NCBI GenBank assembly: GCA_973895155.1
Contig: OZ316892.1
Location: 30,324,932 to 30,388,931, forward strand
Direction: 5' to 3'
Length of the DNA: 64,000 nt
DNA from: Marsupella aquatica
Taxonomy: Eukaryota > Plantae > Marchantiophyta
Both the position numbers and the translations under genes were made by a program. The notes under the pieces are model-generated. The model did no database searches, was not told the origin of the DNA, and saw only the letters and a program-made list of their open reading frames with translations. Position 1 is the stretch's first letter, and each line of letters begins with the position of its first letter. Of this stretch, positions 46,418-59,264 are shown in pieces.

Positions 46418-47206
46418 AAATGTGAAGCGACCTCGCGAACACTTGAGTCGTGGAAAATTCTCTTCTTCAGATGTACCAGGTCATGATCTCCTCTAGCACC
46501 ATCATGTTGTAGGGTGGCGTCTTCTTCTTGTTGGAGGATTGGCCAAAGCATAAATGTCCAGTACCAAATGCTCAATGTTATTGATGGTCCCATTGAGAGA
46601 AAAATGGATAATATGCAGGGTAACATCTTCGCACCAAGTAATGGCAATCCAATTCAAGCCATTCCTTCCTCTCAAACTCAAGGTCTGAGCTTGAAGAAAA
46701 GCTCTTCTCAAAGCAGCAATCCTTATAGAACCAGGAGTTCTATGGCCAGACATGGAGATTTAATGGAGGAGAGGTCAAAAGTTAGGGAGAATTCACTGAG
46801 GAAAAATCAAAAGATGGGTAAGCTAAGGAAAAACAAAGAGAGTTTTAAAGTTAAAAATGAAACGGTTTGAGGTATTTTGACTCAAAGGATAGAAACGGTT
46901 CTGATTTTAATAACTTTTGGAGATTTTTGGGAAATATGGAAAGGAAAAGGTAGTTTCCTGATTAAAAGCGATTGAGGAACAATAGAGATAGAGTTTTGCA
47001 AAGGATCTAAAGTAGGAAGAATAAAACATAAGGGGGAAATTCGCCAACAGAAAACATCTCAATTCAGAGTCATCAAGTAAGCACAGCTGAAAAAATGTCA
47101 CAGTTTATAAAGCTCTCCTTCGAATCTCTGTAGTACATCAGGCTCTTTAAACAATGCCCTGAAATGCATAAATCTTCTCACAAAATGGCACCATGTACTT
47201 CAGGCG

Positions 47207-49677
47207 TCAACTATCGCTTGGTGGCATCTTTCGCTTGAGGACAGCGGGGGGAAATCTCCGGGTCTTCTTAAGACTTCTGGCCAAAGAGTGGGATTTGAAT
47301 TGCTTCCGCTTCTCAAGACCGGATCGGCGGACAGGGGGAAAAGAGTCCTCAATGGTCTCCATCTGAATGATCTCGGTACTTGGCTCCTCATCCTCTTCTA
47401 AAACATCCTCTATTGGAATGTCATTAACTGGAGAAGAATTGCAAGGCTCAACAGAAGGAATCGGTTCAGATAAGTCCTGGTCTTCTTCAAACTGAGGCTA
47501 AGTAAATTCAGGAGTAACCAATGGAGGATTGAACAACTGATTGTCTTCCACCACCTTAGCAACAAAAACATATTCACGGTCAATCATCGGGGTAGGGCAG
47601 GAGTACCGGCGAATTTCCTCTGACAACTCAAACTTTTCATCAGTGAGAAGCAGTATCTGAACTCGGGCGGATGCAAGAATCGCCCTCTCCAATTTTTTGA
47701 CACTGAATCCGGAATCACCTCCAATTTGCTGTATCCGGTCAAAGACTGTAGGGCTTTCCTGTTCTCGAAAAAGCCTTCCAAAAGTACCTGGCTCTCCAAA
47801 GTGACAATCGCCCTCCGCTTCTGGATTAGGGAACCAAAATTACATGAACCACTGGAAACGTCTGGTATCAAGTTGACAGTAGAGCCAGAGTGAATCTCAA
47901 TGTCACCAGCGACCAAGTTTGAAAGATGCTCATCTAACTTGGCTAGATAGCCACATTGAAACTTAGTAGCCCACCCTGCAAGGTTTCCAAGGAGTCTGGT
48001 AGCTAGAGAAAGATCATCAACCTGCAGGTCTCCAAAAAGTAAGGCAAACGCTAGCAATTCTCGGGCATCCGTAGTGGATTTACTCCAGACACTATAGATT
48101 AGGGTCAATGATACCTTTCTGGTCTTTTCAAAGTCAGGTAAACAATAATAATAACAGACCATGAACTTTTGAAAATGGTAGTAGCAAAGGAAATTGACCG
48201 AGGGTGTAATGAAATGAATTAACCCGTGGGAAAATCGCTCTAAGTCTTGTCTCCCTTCACACGATAATACAGTCAAATCATTCCGGATCGGTAAAATGAC
48301 TGCTTCTGTCTGAGGTCTCTCTTCAAGAATCATTTTGGGTGGAGGAATGGCAGGAAGACGGTGGTCAACAAAATCTTGCAATTCGCCTACCACCTTGAAT
48401 AGTACTTCATACTTCCGGTCCAGAAGTCCTTTCTGATTAGTAATGGCTGTGGCAATCCGGCTCAAACTCTTCTCATCAGTCTGCCATCCTTCAAAGGTCA
48501 ATGCCGCAAGTTGGAGTCGTTCTACTGTCGATAGAGCGATTGTTTGAGCTGCTTCTCCGATCTGTACAACAGAATGTTGAATTGCTGGCAAAACAGTTCC
48601 TTGGACCAATTCTTGAATTTGCTTCTCCAAGCGCTTCGTCTCTGTATCATGGTTCTGCTTCTCTTTATTAGCAGCAGCAACTTGAACTAGCAATTTGTCA
48701 ATGTGATCAAGAAGGTCAGTCGAAGGGCAAGAAAAACGATTTGACAAGTCCTCCACAAGTTTAGCATTTGCGGAATTTGCCTTACAAAACTCCTTTGTAA
48801 CTGCACGAAATTTTGCTTCAATCAGCGAAATGTCTTCTTTGCCTTCCAGATTCACAAACGGCACTGCTCCCTCTCTCTTCTTGATCTTTGATGCTCTAGG
48901 AGGCGATTTGACTGTCTCTTGTCGTTTCCGCAACACTCGGCCGCCGATCACTTCAGATTTGACGATCGGTTCAGCACAATCTTCCTCTTCGCTGTCAGTG
49001 GCATCCTCAGCTGAAGGCGGATCTTCCATGAGTGACCGATTGGCCAAGGCCTCTTCATATTCTTGGAGTTCCATAGATGACAGTTTCCCCTCCGATCGAT
49101 ACAGATGATACAACATTGGTGAAATAAAGAAATCCATCCCATCCTTCACCTTTTTGCATCGTAGCTGAAACGAGTCCCAAAGAAGACTTGCCCAGTTGAC
49201 CGGCTTCCCCTTCTCATATGCAGTGATAATCATCGCTGCCAGCTTTCCAGTAATCCTTTTTGGCTTATCAGGAGTAAGGATGGGCACGATGAAGCGGAAA
49301 ATCGCCCTAAGCACAGGATCACAAGCAGAATCGGGCGTGAAACCTTCCTTTGTAAACGCACTCAAAAATCGATCCTTGCAAATGTCATGGAAGAGACGGG
49401 AAGATGTAAAATCCTCAGGGGTGAGACCTAAAGATGAAATGACATAGCAGTCCGCTACTGCCTTCAGACTGAATGCTGTATAATCCGACCTGGGGCTCAA
49501 CCCTTTTGAGGTCCTATTCCGCAGCCGAATTTCATCCACCAAACTTGCGCTACTAATCACCCAAAGGAAATCCGCAAGCGATTCTATTCCCACTTTCCGA
49601 TAGTTGTCTACATTCGCCACGATCTCTGAATCAGGTGGCATCAAAACCATCTTTGCCTTTCCCATCGCGCTCCCCAA
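47207..49677 (-). pseudogene. D internal extra ORF, homolog of the family A LTR protein (697-aa ORF plus a frameshifted C-terminus)
   Basis: Shares both the N-terminal block and the C-terminal block (LAFALLFGDLQVDDLSLATRLLGNLAGWA vs LAMMLLQGDVEVEDPDLALAYFGNFAAYA) with A. The alternative frame EEIRRYSC resembles EALRIDSC and continues, through one TAG, to 47207. Confidence 0.8.
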
Positions 49678-50124
49678 TCTTGGATCAAGAAAATTCTCAT
49701 CTATTGTTAAAAGCCTCCCTTCGATGGATCAGATTGCTTCCACTCCCAAGAAGAAAATGTTTGCTCACAGTACTCTGCCATTGCCTTCAAGAATCGCTTG
49801 ACGTTCCTTCGATAGCAATGATAAATTCTGGACCTGAATAGTCCCTCCTCTTCTCTTGATTCCCTCAAAGCACCAAGGCTCGTACTTTCTTGGCGTCTCA
49901 GTACTTGATTGCTTCGTTCAACTTCTGGCATATAAATCTCTTAAATTGTTTTACCATTTTTACTAGGGTTTCTTTTCCTCTTTGGTTTGAGCTTTCCATG
50001 TTACTAAACCTAAACATTCCTAGATAGGGGACTTAAAAATTTTCATTTTTTTAATTTTTATTTTAAAAACTATTCTATTCAGTACTTCTACCTTGCTAAT
50101 CCTTATAAGATACAACTTCATATA

Positions 50125-50137
50125 CCACCCCCTCCTC
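50125..50137 (-). other. D PPT1 (immediately after pol)
   Basis: GAGGAGGGGGTGG about 25 nt after the pol stop. The core TGAGGAGGGGGT is identical to PPT2. Confidence 0.75.
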
Positions 50138-50160
50138 ATAATTGGAGTGGCCACGCGACA

Positions 50161-53056
50161 TTAATCTAAACTCTGGGAGGTATATTTTTTGACTCTATGA
50201 CCATTGACTCTAGTGGGTAATAGGTCTCCAGCAGTGGTGGCAAGTTGGAGACTACCATTAGCCCAAACATTTTTAACTAAATAGGGTCCACCCCACCTAG
50301 TGTGGAGTTTCCCTGGAAATTTTAAATAACGGTTGTCATAAAGTAAAACTAAATCTCCAGCTTCAATAGGGGTCGGCTTCAGTTTCTTATCATAATTCAC
50401 TTTCCGATTCTGTTGCTGAGTATGAGTGTGTGAGTGCATAGAGGCGATTTTCCTCTAAATGCTCCAACTCTACCAATCTAAGGAGCTGACTTTCCTCAGG
50501 AGGTAATCTTCTGTCATCTAATACCCGTGCAGTAGGTATACTAAATTCTATAGGAACAATGGAGTCCATACCATAAACCATATAAAAGGGAGTGCGTTTG
50601 GTTGTGATCTTTTGTGCTGTCCTATAAGCCCAAAGTGCAGACGGAAGCTTCATATCCCAATCACTCTTGTGTGCTGAAACGATTTTTGTGAGAATCTTAC
50701 AAATAATGCCATTTGCTCTCTCCGTCAAACCGTTTGCTTTAGGATTATAGGGTGTTGTTTTTCTGTGCTTAATCAGGTAGGTGTTTGTGAGAAGTTCCAT
50801 GGTGCTGTTGAGGAAGTGTGTGCCTCTATCACTGACCAACTCTAAAGGGCAACCATATCTAGTGATAATATTATCAAAAAGAAAAAGTGATGTGACGGCG
50901 GCATCATCTCTTCTCACTGCCTCGGCTTCCACCCATTTAGTGGCGTAATCTGTTGCAACAATGATGTAGCGATTTCTCCTCCTTTGTGTCACTGGTTGGA
51001 TAGGACCCACAAAATCTATCCCCCACTTCTCAAATGGAGCCAAAGGCATGATAGGTATTAAGGGCCATCTCCCACTCAGCAGAGGTTTTCCCATCCTTTG
51101 GCATGGATCACATCCCTTGATAAACTGGAAAACATCCCTATGCATAGAGGGCCACCAGTAGCCCGCATCTCTAATTTTAGCAATTGTAGTCGCAACAGCA
51201 AAATGCCCTCCAGAATTCCCTTCATGTAAAGCACTTATCACCCAGGGGATTTCATGCCGCTCCAAACACCTCTTGAGTTTAAGATCAGGCATGGCTTTGT
51301 GTAACACACCTTGAATGAGAGTATAAGGCCCTGCCTTATACACAAAAACCGCTTGTTGCTCTGCATTCATTGGCTCTGGTGGTCGTCCCGTCAGAAGGTA
51401 AGTCACAATATCAGCATAAAGCGATTGTTCTCCCTCGATGTGAAACAGCTCCTCATCAGGAAAATGATCTGGTACCGCTTCCTTGCCATCTTCTCCCTCC
51501 AACCGAGATAAGTAGTCTGCATTGACGTGACTCTTGCCTGCTCGTACTTCCACTTTGAATTGGAATTCTTGCAAAAGCAGGACCCACCTTGCAATTCGGC
51601 CCGACAGGTCCACCTTGTTGAACAGATATTTCAACAAATGATGGTCCGTATGAAACACAGTGTCATAGCCAAGGAGGTAGTGTCTGAACTTTTTGCAGGC
51701 AAAGACCATGCCTAAGGCCTCTCTCTCCGTGGTGGAGTAATTTCTCTCTGCACTATTCAACTGGCGACTAGCAAAATAAATTGGATGGCTCTTATCATGC
51801 TCATCCTTTTGACTTAGTTCTAAGCCTATACAAAACTTGGAGGTATCTACAAAAACATGAAAAACTTTTTCCCAATCGGGCGGGATAAGGACAGGAGCGA
51901 CTGTTAACTTATATTTGAGGGTAATGAAGGCATTTTCCCTAGCATCACTCCACTCATAAGGAGCATCCTTCTTGAGGAGTTGAGTAAGAGGTGTGGCAAG
52001 GACGGAGTAGCCCTCTATAAACCGACGGTAATAACCCACATACCCTAGGAAACCCCTTAGCTCACGCAAGTTAGTGGGAACTTCTAAGGCAAGGATTACC
52101 GCGACTTTATCATGATCCACAACAATGCCACTCTGGGATATCTTATGCCCAAGCAAAATTCCCTCCTTCATGCCAAAATAGCACTTCTCAGGGTGTAAAC
52201 ATAGCCCTGCCTCCCGACACTTGGCAAATGTTTTCTTCAAATACTCTAAATGGTCTTTCTTCTGCCCATAGACACAAAAATCATCTATAAAAATCTCTAA
52301 AAAATCCCGCAAGTATTCCTGGAAAATAACAGTCATTAGTCTTTGAAAAGTAGCGGGGGCATTGCACAAACCGAAAGGCATTCTAGAAAAAGCATAAGTA
52401 CCCCAATCGGTTGTGAATGTGGTCTTGGACTGATCTGATTTCCTAATAAATACCTGGTTATAACCTGAAAATCCATCTAGGAAACTATACATCTCATGAC
52501 CAGCAACCTGATCTAGGATAGTATCAGTAAAAGGTAAAGGATGGAAATCTTTTCTAGTAGCGGCATTTAATTTTCTATAATCTTGACATACCCTAATCTT
52601 AACCTTTCCATCTGGTCCAGGCTTCTTAGGAACTATCACTATTGGTGAGACCCACTCACTACTTAAGACAGGATAAATGAAACCAGCCTCAAGCAACTTA
52701 TCTAATTCGGTTTTAACCATAAGAGAGTACTTAGGATTCAGTCTATACTGACGTTGCCTAATAGGAATTGCCCCTTCTACCACATCTATCCTATGTTCAC
52801 CTAAGGTAGTGGAAATGCCTTTAAGGTCATGGTGGCTCCATGCAAAAACATCTTTATATTCTTCTAGTAGCTTCTTATATTTTTGCTTAGATATGTCATC
52901 TAACGCTCTTCCTACATTGAAGGTTTTATCGGTTTCTAATTCAATTTTAACATATTGGGTTTTCTTAACCATACCCTCAGTCATACTAGCTGATTCCTCA
53001 AAGTAAGCAGTACTCTTCCCTAGGGCTACCTCCCCTTCCTTAGGTTTCTGTAATTG
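50161..53056 (-). pseudogene. pol: D pol (RT-RNase H-integrase; one frameshift near 50435)
   Basis: ORF 50390-52984 (FIDDF, DTSKFCIG, HHCC, DDE) plus 50161-50439 (GPY). In frame with the gag-pro stop. Confidence 0.92.
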
Positions 53057-53059
53057 CTA
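53051..53059 (-). other. Putative stop-codon readthrough signal TAG-CAA-TTA
   Basis: The single in-frame TAG between protease and RT sits in an exact UAG-CAR-YYA context. Confidence 0.75.
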
Positions 53060-56000
53060 TTCTTCCCAATCCGATTCTTCCATCTCCTCAATCGGTTTCG
53101 GTTCCAGAAGAGGTGAAAGAATCGCTTTAGGTGTAAAAATCGGTTTAGGTGCAAGAATCAAAGTAGGATTGGAAGAGGGAATTTCAGACCCTTCTGGAGA
53201 ATTTGTCTCGTGGACTTGCCTGACCTCTTCATCTTCACCGGTTGAGTAGGTGTAGACCTCCAAGTATCGAACATCCTCCTCAAACTTAAAATCCTCCTCT
53301 TGGAGCTTCATCATCTCATCTACCCATCTTGATTCCACTGTCGAGGTACTATCATCCGAAGTGTATCCCGGATCGAACGACATGGTCTCACCGAGATGCT
53401 GCACTTTATCCCAAGACAAGATAACTTTGGGGTGCCCAAACGAAAAGGTTTTGTTTGCCCAATTCACCTTGACTTTGGCCTTATAGAGCCATGGTCTACC
53501 TAAAAGGATAGGGAAAGTAGATGGTGTAGGGGGGTCAATTATCAAAAAATTTAAGACAAAAGGTAACCCTCCTATGATAACCTCTATGTTTCCTAATTTT
53601 CCTAAAGGAAAGACCCTAGATTGGTCTGCCATTCTAAGAACACGAGGAGTTGCTTCAAACTTACTAAATCCTAATGATCTTGCTGTTTGTGCTATCATTA
53701 TATTGACTCCAGACCCACCATCAATAGGTACACTCCTAATAAGGCATCCATCAATTTGTAATTCTACATCCGGGGCTCCAAAATCCTCTATCTCAGTAAA
53801 ATTCACAGACACCGGGGGCATCTTATACTTCCTACGCCTACTACTTAAAAGAGGTTTAAGTTGCTTCCTATACAATGCATTATCCCTCAACAACTCTCCA
53901 AAGGTAACATTAGCTGGAGTACTAGCCACATCTTTAACTATATTATATCCTAACTTCTCATCTACTCTAACACCCTCAAATTTTGATCCATCTTGAAAGG
54001 TGACTTGTTTAAACGGCACTTGCTCCTTAGAAGTCTGATTCGTGACTTCTTTCTCAATGTACTCTTGAGCTTCTGAAGATATGTCACGGATAAAGTACTT
54101 AGGGTCATACCTGTCATATGCTGGGTCTAATTCCTTGGGAAGTCCCTCCTTCTGCTTACCTCCAAGCGGTTGTTCATTCGCTCTAGCCTTCTTTGCATGC
54201 TTCTGAGGAAACGCAATTGGTCCGTTGGAAGAATCGCTTTTTGGCAAAGCGATTGGTGCGGCTGACGAATTGCTTTGGGTATTCTTGAGCAGCTCTTTCC
54301 TTTTGGCACTTCGGGTTGTGGTCCGATATACTGGAATTGATTCCTCCGGGTTCACCTTCTCCTCAGTTATGAGGTGTGTGTCTTCCAGAAATATCATCCG
54401 GACTTCTGCCGTTTCTCCCTTCTCCGGATCCTTCACATACTTCACCATCAACTTTGGCTGCACCGGTTTGGGGCATTCGATTGGGAGATGGCCCTCGTCT
54501 CCACAGTTCCCACATATAGGGGTATATGCATAAGGAGCCTTTGGGTAAGGGCACTCAGGTGCATAATGTCCCGCTACTCCACAATTGTAGCAGGTCCCAG
54601 GGATTCTCTGTGTACGAGGTGGATAGCCTCCGGGTGGTTCCATTGGAGGTTTGACAGGAGGTCTCATTGTCATGGGCCTAGGCATCATACTTCCTCCCAT
54701 ACCCCGACCCATTGGTGGTCTTGGTGGTCCCATTGGTCTTCTCATAGGCGGGGGATTATTGACCATGTACCAGTCAATCTCGTCTTGTTCTTCTGCATAG
54801 TAGGCTGGTTCGTCCCATTCTTCCGCAATGTATTGAGCTTGCCTCCCCATGTGTGGACACTCCACTGGATAGTGGCCTCTTTCTCCACATCTAGCGCACC
54901 AAACATTTGGTCGGTTTATCGGAGCAGGCCTCCTCTTTGGGCGATTGTCTGCCAAATTAACTGAAAGTTTATCAAATTTTCCACTCAACTCATCAATCGT
55001 TTTTTCACACCTGTAAGGGACTTGAGCGCATTATTAGTTGGCTGATATACTTTTCCCCTGTCTCTACGATGGCGGGTGGACTCATCATCAGATGAGGATG
55101 ATGAAGAGGAGGAAGAGGAGGAAGAGGAAGAACTAGACTCTGACGATGAGGAGGAGGTACTAGAAGAACTTATTTCTTTCTTTTTACCTCCTGACCTTTT
55201 CTTCCTCCGCTTTCTTTTCTCTCTCTCCTTTTCTTTCTTCTCCTCTTTTTTCAATTCTTTTCTCTGAGACATCTCAGTATCTTCAAACTCTTGTGCCGCT
55301 TCAATCGCTTCTCCTAAATTGGCAGGGTGTGATCTCCTAACGTATCTATTCATCTCTCTAGGCAATCCTCCTGTGAAATACTCGGTTTGCATCTCATCAC
55401 TAGGCAGAGGTCTAATCTTAAGAATTAATTTCCTAACATTCTGAGAATAAGTTCTCAATGTGTCTTTTTTTCTCATGCGAATTCTCCTAAGTCTAGCTAA
55501 CACTCTAGAAGTGGCTCCTGCTTCTCTTAATTCTTTCCTAAAAGCATTTTGTAAATCAGGCGAGATACCCTGAATAGCTGGGGTAAGGGATAGAGTATAC
55601 CATTTATGTGCTTCATTTTTCATGAGTCCTTCAAAAATCCGCAAGAGATCTGGATCCGCATTTTCCTTGTTGGTTTTGGCTGTTGACAAAAATTCTCCCA
55701 GCCAATCATCTGGATCTTGGCCTCTTCCCTTGAAAACCGTATATTTCAGCCTTGTGGAGGATGTCATGATGGAAGGAGGACGGGCACTAGAGGACCCAGG
55801 AGATAATGAAACAAACGATTTCTTTACTACCTTAATTGGCGCAAGTAGAGATCCTTTAGAGATTAAGTTTCCTATCAATTGATTAGCCCTTTCTCCCTCA
55901 AGTGCACCTTGAGTCACCAAATCTTCTAAATGTTGAACCTTTTCGGCAACAGTAGGTGATTCTGGTACCATAGATTGTTCCCTCTCTTCAAAATCACTAA

Positions 56001-56229
56001 GACTATTTAAATTATCCACATCTTCCTCAATGTACCTCTCACTTCTATGTCTTGTAAGATCAACATATGGCACTGGCTTAGTCTTTGTGATTCTAGTCTT
56101 ACCTCTATCGTTTGAGTTCGATCTTGACCTTCCGTCGGAAGATCCCTCCTCAGATGGGGTCAATTTCTTTTGTTCTCGATTGTTATATCTCTTTTCTCGT
56201 TCAGAAAGGTTAGTAATGTCCCTACTCAT
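53057..56229 (-). pseudogene. gag: D gag-protease (1-nt frameshift in an A-run near 55000)
   Basis: ORFs 54985-56229 (QDPDDWLGEF, poly-Ser) and 53057-54988 (three CCHC knuckles, IDGGS, LLGRPWL). Confidence 0.9.
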
Positions 56230-56897
56230 GAAATCTTTGCATATGAACTAAAGAGTCTTGCCATATCCCAAAATTCTAAAACAAAGGAAGCAATCTTTCT
56301 CCCCAACCGATTAATTCATTGGAAGCAAGAAACAAAAATACAGAAACAAAAAATGATATATCTGTCGGAACCGATTGTCACCAAGATTTCGCCATTAATT
56401 TTTCCAAGAATCGGTTTCTCTCTTTACTTTTCTAGCCTAACTAAAATTAAAAAATGATAATGGAAAAGATTTACTTCCCTTAAGGCCAATAGGTCCATTC
56501 AATTCAGAGGTGGTAATGGAGATCCTTTGCTAGCAGGTGATTTTACTTTTCTAAGTGATTTCTTGGCCTTCCCCCTGACTTCCTTTTTTGCTATCTCCAT
56601 TTTTGCCTCTTCTTTCAGTAACTTAACCAACGCTGAAGGAGCATTGTCTATTGAGAAAGGTTTTACTTTAAATGTAAAAGGAGAGCCAAAGAGCATTGAA
56701 TTGTCCATACTTACAAAGTATATGTTCCTTCAGGAATCAATCCGATTGTCCACCTGCTGAATCCTCCTCTTGTCGTGAATTATCTTTCTTGGCCTTACAC
56801 AATTTGTTTATCGTATCAAAATCGATTGTCTGTCTGTACTTCAATCTTTATTTCGGCCAATTCTCTTGGCCTCCTTCATAAATCGCTTTTGATTTAT

Positions 56898-56915
56898 TCC
56901 CCGGCAGCGGCGCCA
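56898..56915 (-). other. Primer binding site of D (tRNA-Asp-like, Athila type)
   Basis: TGGCGCCGCTGCCGGGGA. Confidence 0.85.
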
Positions 56916-56919
56916 AAAA

Positions 56920-57980
56920 GATACAAACGATTCTACAACGACATTTCAATGGATTTCAATCTATCATCAAATTTATAAATGATTACTTCTTATCAATAGG
57001 TAATCTTAATTTTCATTCCTCATCAACTTCCATATACTCAACAGAGATCGGTTTTACGTTGAATGATTCACTACAATTCTCTTTTCCCTAGAATCCAAAG
57101 CTTTTCTTTATAAATCCATGACTTTATGACATTCATCCATGAACTTGTGATAAATGTTATGATTCAAGTGCAAATGTGTGGTACAATCCCTCTGGTTCAA
57201 TCTTCCCTCCTATGCCCAAAACTGGCTTGAGAGAAAGACCCAAAACTGGTCAAAGATTAATTTCCAAGAAAAGACAATGAATCATGATCTTGGGAGTCCA
57301 CTTGTAAGGCTCCCTCAAAAGGTTTAAGATGCCAAAAGGTTTTAGAAGCCTAAAAACCTTTTCTCATCTAAACTTAGGGTCCTAAAAGGTAAAATAAGTC
57401 TAAGACTCTCTATATCTAATTCCTAAAGGTACACTAAACTATGGCCCTCTATATCCTACTCTATCTAACTCATTGGAAAGCTCAAGAGGTCAGAAAAGAG
57501 ATAGAAAACGATTTAAGTAACATATGCCAAAACACCTTGGAGAATCGGTTTGGGTTATTCTGAAGTTTGTCTTTTGGAACCAAACTGAAATTCTCCTTAT
57601 AGCCCTTGGAAAGAGCTTTCCAACGCACCAAATATCTCCTCAAACCGACATCGGACCGATCCGCAATCGTCCGTCAAAGTTGCTGCCAAAAGTCTAAACC
57701 GATTTTCCAACTTCCAAAGCGATTCTTCAGCCGGTCTTTCTGCAAAGCGATTCTTCTGCTTCCTCTTGGAGCGATTTGTTTCGGATTTCTTTGAAAGCGA
57801 TTGTTTGTCTGAAACGATTCTTCCTTCCAAACTCAAACTTCTTAGCTTTCTTCCATAACATTCCTTTGAGGCTTAGAATGGATTAAGGGGTGACAGATAA
57901 ACCTAAATAAGCTTCAAGTAAGGTTAAAATGTTTTTAAATGGATCACATTCACTCCGTAGTTCCTTTTTACCTTCCCACA
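56920..57980 (-). repeat. D 5' LTR (~1061 bp)
   Basis: Near-identical direct repeat of 45344-46404. Confidence 0.92.
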
Positions 57981-58554
57981 GGTCCCCTCATATATACTAC
58001 ATAGGGGTCGTGTGGGGGCAGCTCACGGTCGTCAGCACAGCCGCACAGGGCCGCCAGGCGGGGTGGCCTCTCCCACCCTAATAATAAATAATAATATTTT
58101 ATTATTAAAAGCCGCTCCCTCCCTCCTCATATATGTGTGGCGCCGTGGCGGGGAGGCGGGTTTGTTGCTCCCTCCCTTGTTGGTGGGAGGGAGCAACATT
58201 ATTATTATTACTAGAACTAGAATCAAGCTCAATACCCGTGCGTTGCACAAAAGAAGTTTAGGGTTTGTGGTATGCATCCCTGTTCATGGTATGCATCAGA
58301 GTTCATCACTTTATGTTTTCCATGGCCGTGGCAGGGAGCCACAACAAATAAGGGAAAGGTTTAGGGAAAACCCCTTAACCCGTAAACGCAAAACCCTAAC
58401 TGCCAGGAGGGAAGTCTGAGTGGTGCCCTGGATTGATCGATACCATCAGGGCTCGTGATGAGATTGCTGCACTATGCGGGGTTCTGATCATGAGTTGACA
58501 AGATTGGAGTTATCCCTTTGTGTGTGCAAGGCCGGGGCAGGGAGCCATGACAAA

Positions 58555-58980
58555 GAAGGTAAGGGTTTAGGGAAAACCCCTAAACACGTAACCACAGAAC
58601 CCTAACCGCCGGGAAGGCTGAGGGGTGCCCTGGTTTTCTGCCATGAATGGAGTTTGAGGTAATTCCAGGTTCGGGCAACCCAAATAAACCTTAAACTCCG
58701 GGCGGGTGTGTGCTGGCCAGCCGCACAGGGAGAGGCTCTACGCGATAGTCGTGCAGCGGGGAGTTGAAGAAGGCAAGGGTTTAAGGAAAACCCCAAAACA
58801 CGTAAACACAAAACCCTAACAGCCGGGAGGGAAGGCTGAGGGGTGCCCTGGTTTTCTGCCATGAATGGAGTTTGAGGTAATTCCAGGTTCGGGCAACCCT
58901 AATAAACCCTAAACTTTGGGCGGGTGTGTGCTGGCCAGCCACACAGGGAGAGGCTCTACGCGATAGTCGTGCAACGGGGA
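58555..58980. repeat. Tandem ~218-bp repeat (two copies plus a partial upstream) containing AAACCCTAA-like motifs
   Basis: ggctgaggggtgccctggttttctgccatgaatggagtttgagg occurs at ~58616 and ~58834. Confidence 0.75.
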
Positions 58981-59264
58981 GGTGCTATGGTAGTATAGTT
59001 TTGTGGAGGGCGTTCGTGTTCTCTAAGGCGAGTGTTGTGCCCATGGAGTGAACGTGGGTTGAGGGTCTAGGGTCACACGTCCTGGTTGCTGTAAAGCCAG
59101 GAATCGGGTGTCGCAAAATTAGATGGCGGGGAAATGATTGAGTGTTACGGAATTGGCCAGAAAGAGGTAAATCCCGTGAGTGAAGTTCCAGGAGAGGCAG
59201 AGGTGAGGCAGTCCACAGTGGCCGCAGCGTATGGAGAGGCTCTACGCGATAGATGGCAGGGTAG

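Larger units (their letters stand above)
45205..57980 (-). mobile_element. Family D Athila-like Ty3/gypsy element with an internal extra ORF and two PPTs (flanks do not form a TSD)
   Basis: LTR homology 45344-46404 vs 56920-57980 (offset 11576), tRNA-Asp-like PBS, gag-pro, pol and an extra ORF. Left flank GTACC (or CTTTT) differs from right flank GGTCC. Confidence 0.9.

Noticed and set aside
47584-49677. Extra ORF as a true envelope glycoprotein
   Set aside because: It sits in the env position, but I see no signal peptide or convincing transmembrane anchor, and it is homologous to the soluble-looking A protein.
54985-55010. Programmed frameshift within D gag
   Set aside because: No in-frame X_XXY_YYZ heptamer or clear stimulator. 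A 1-nt loss in the A-run is simpler.
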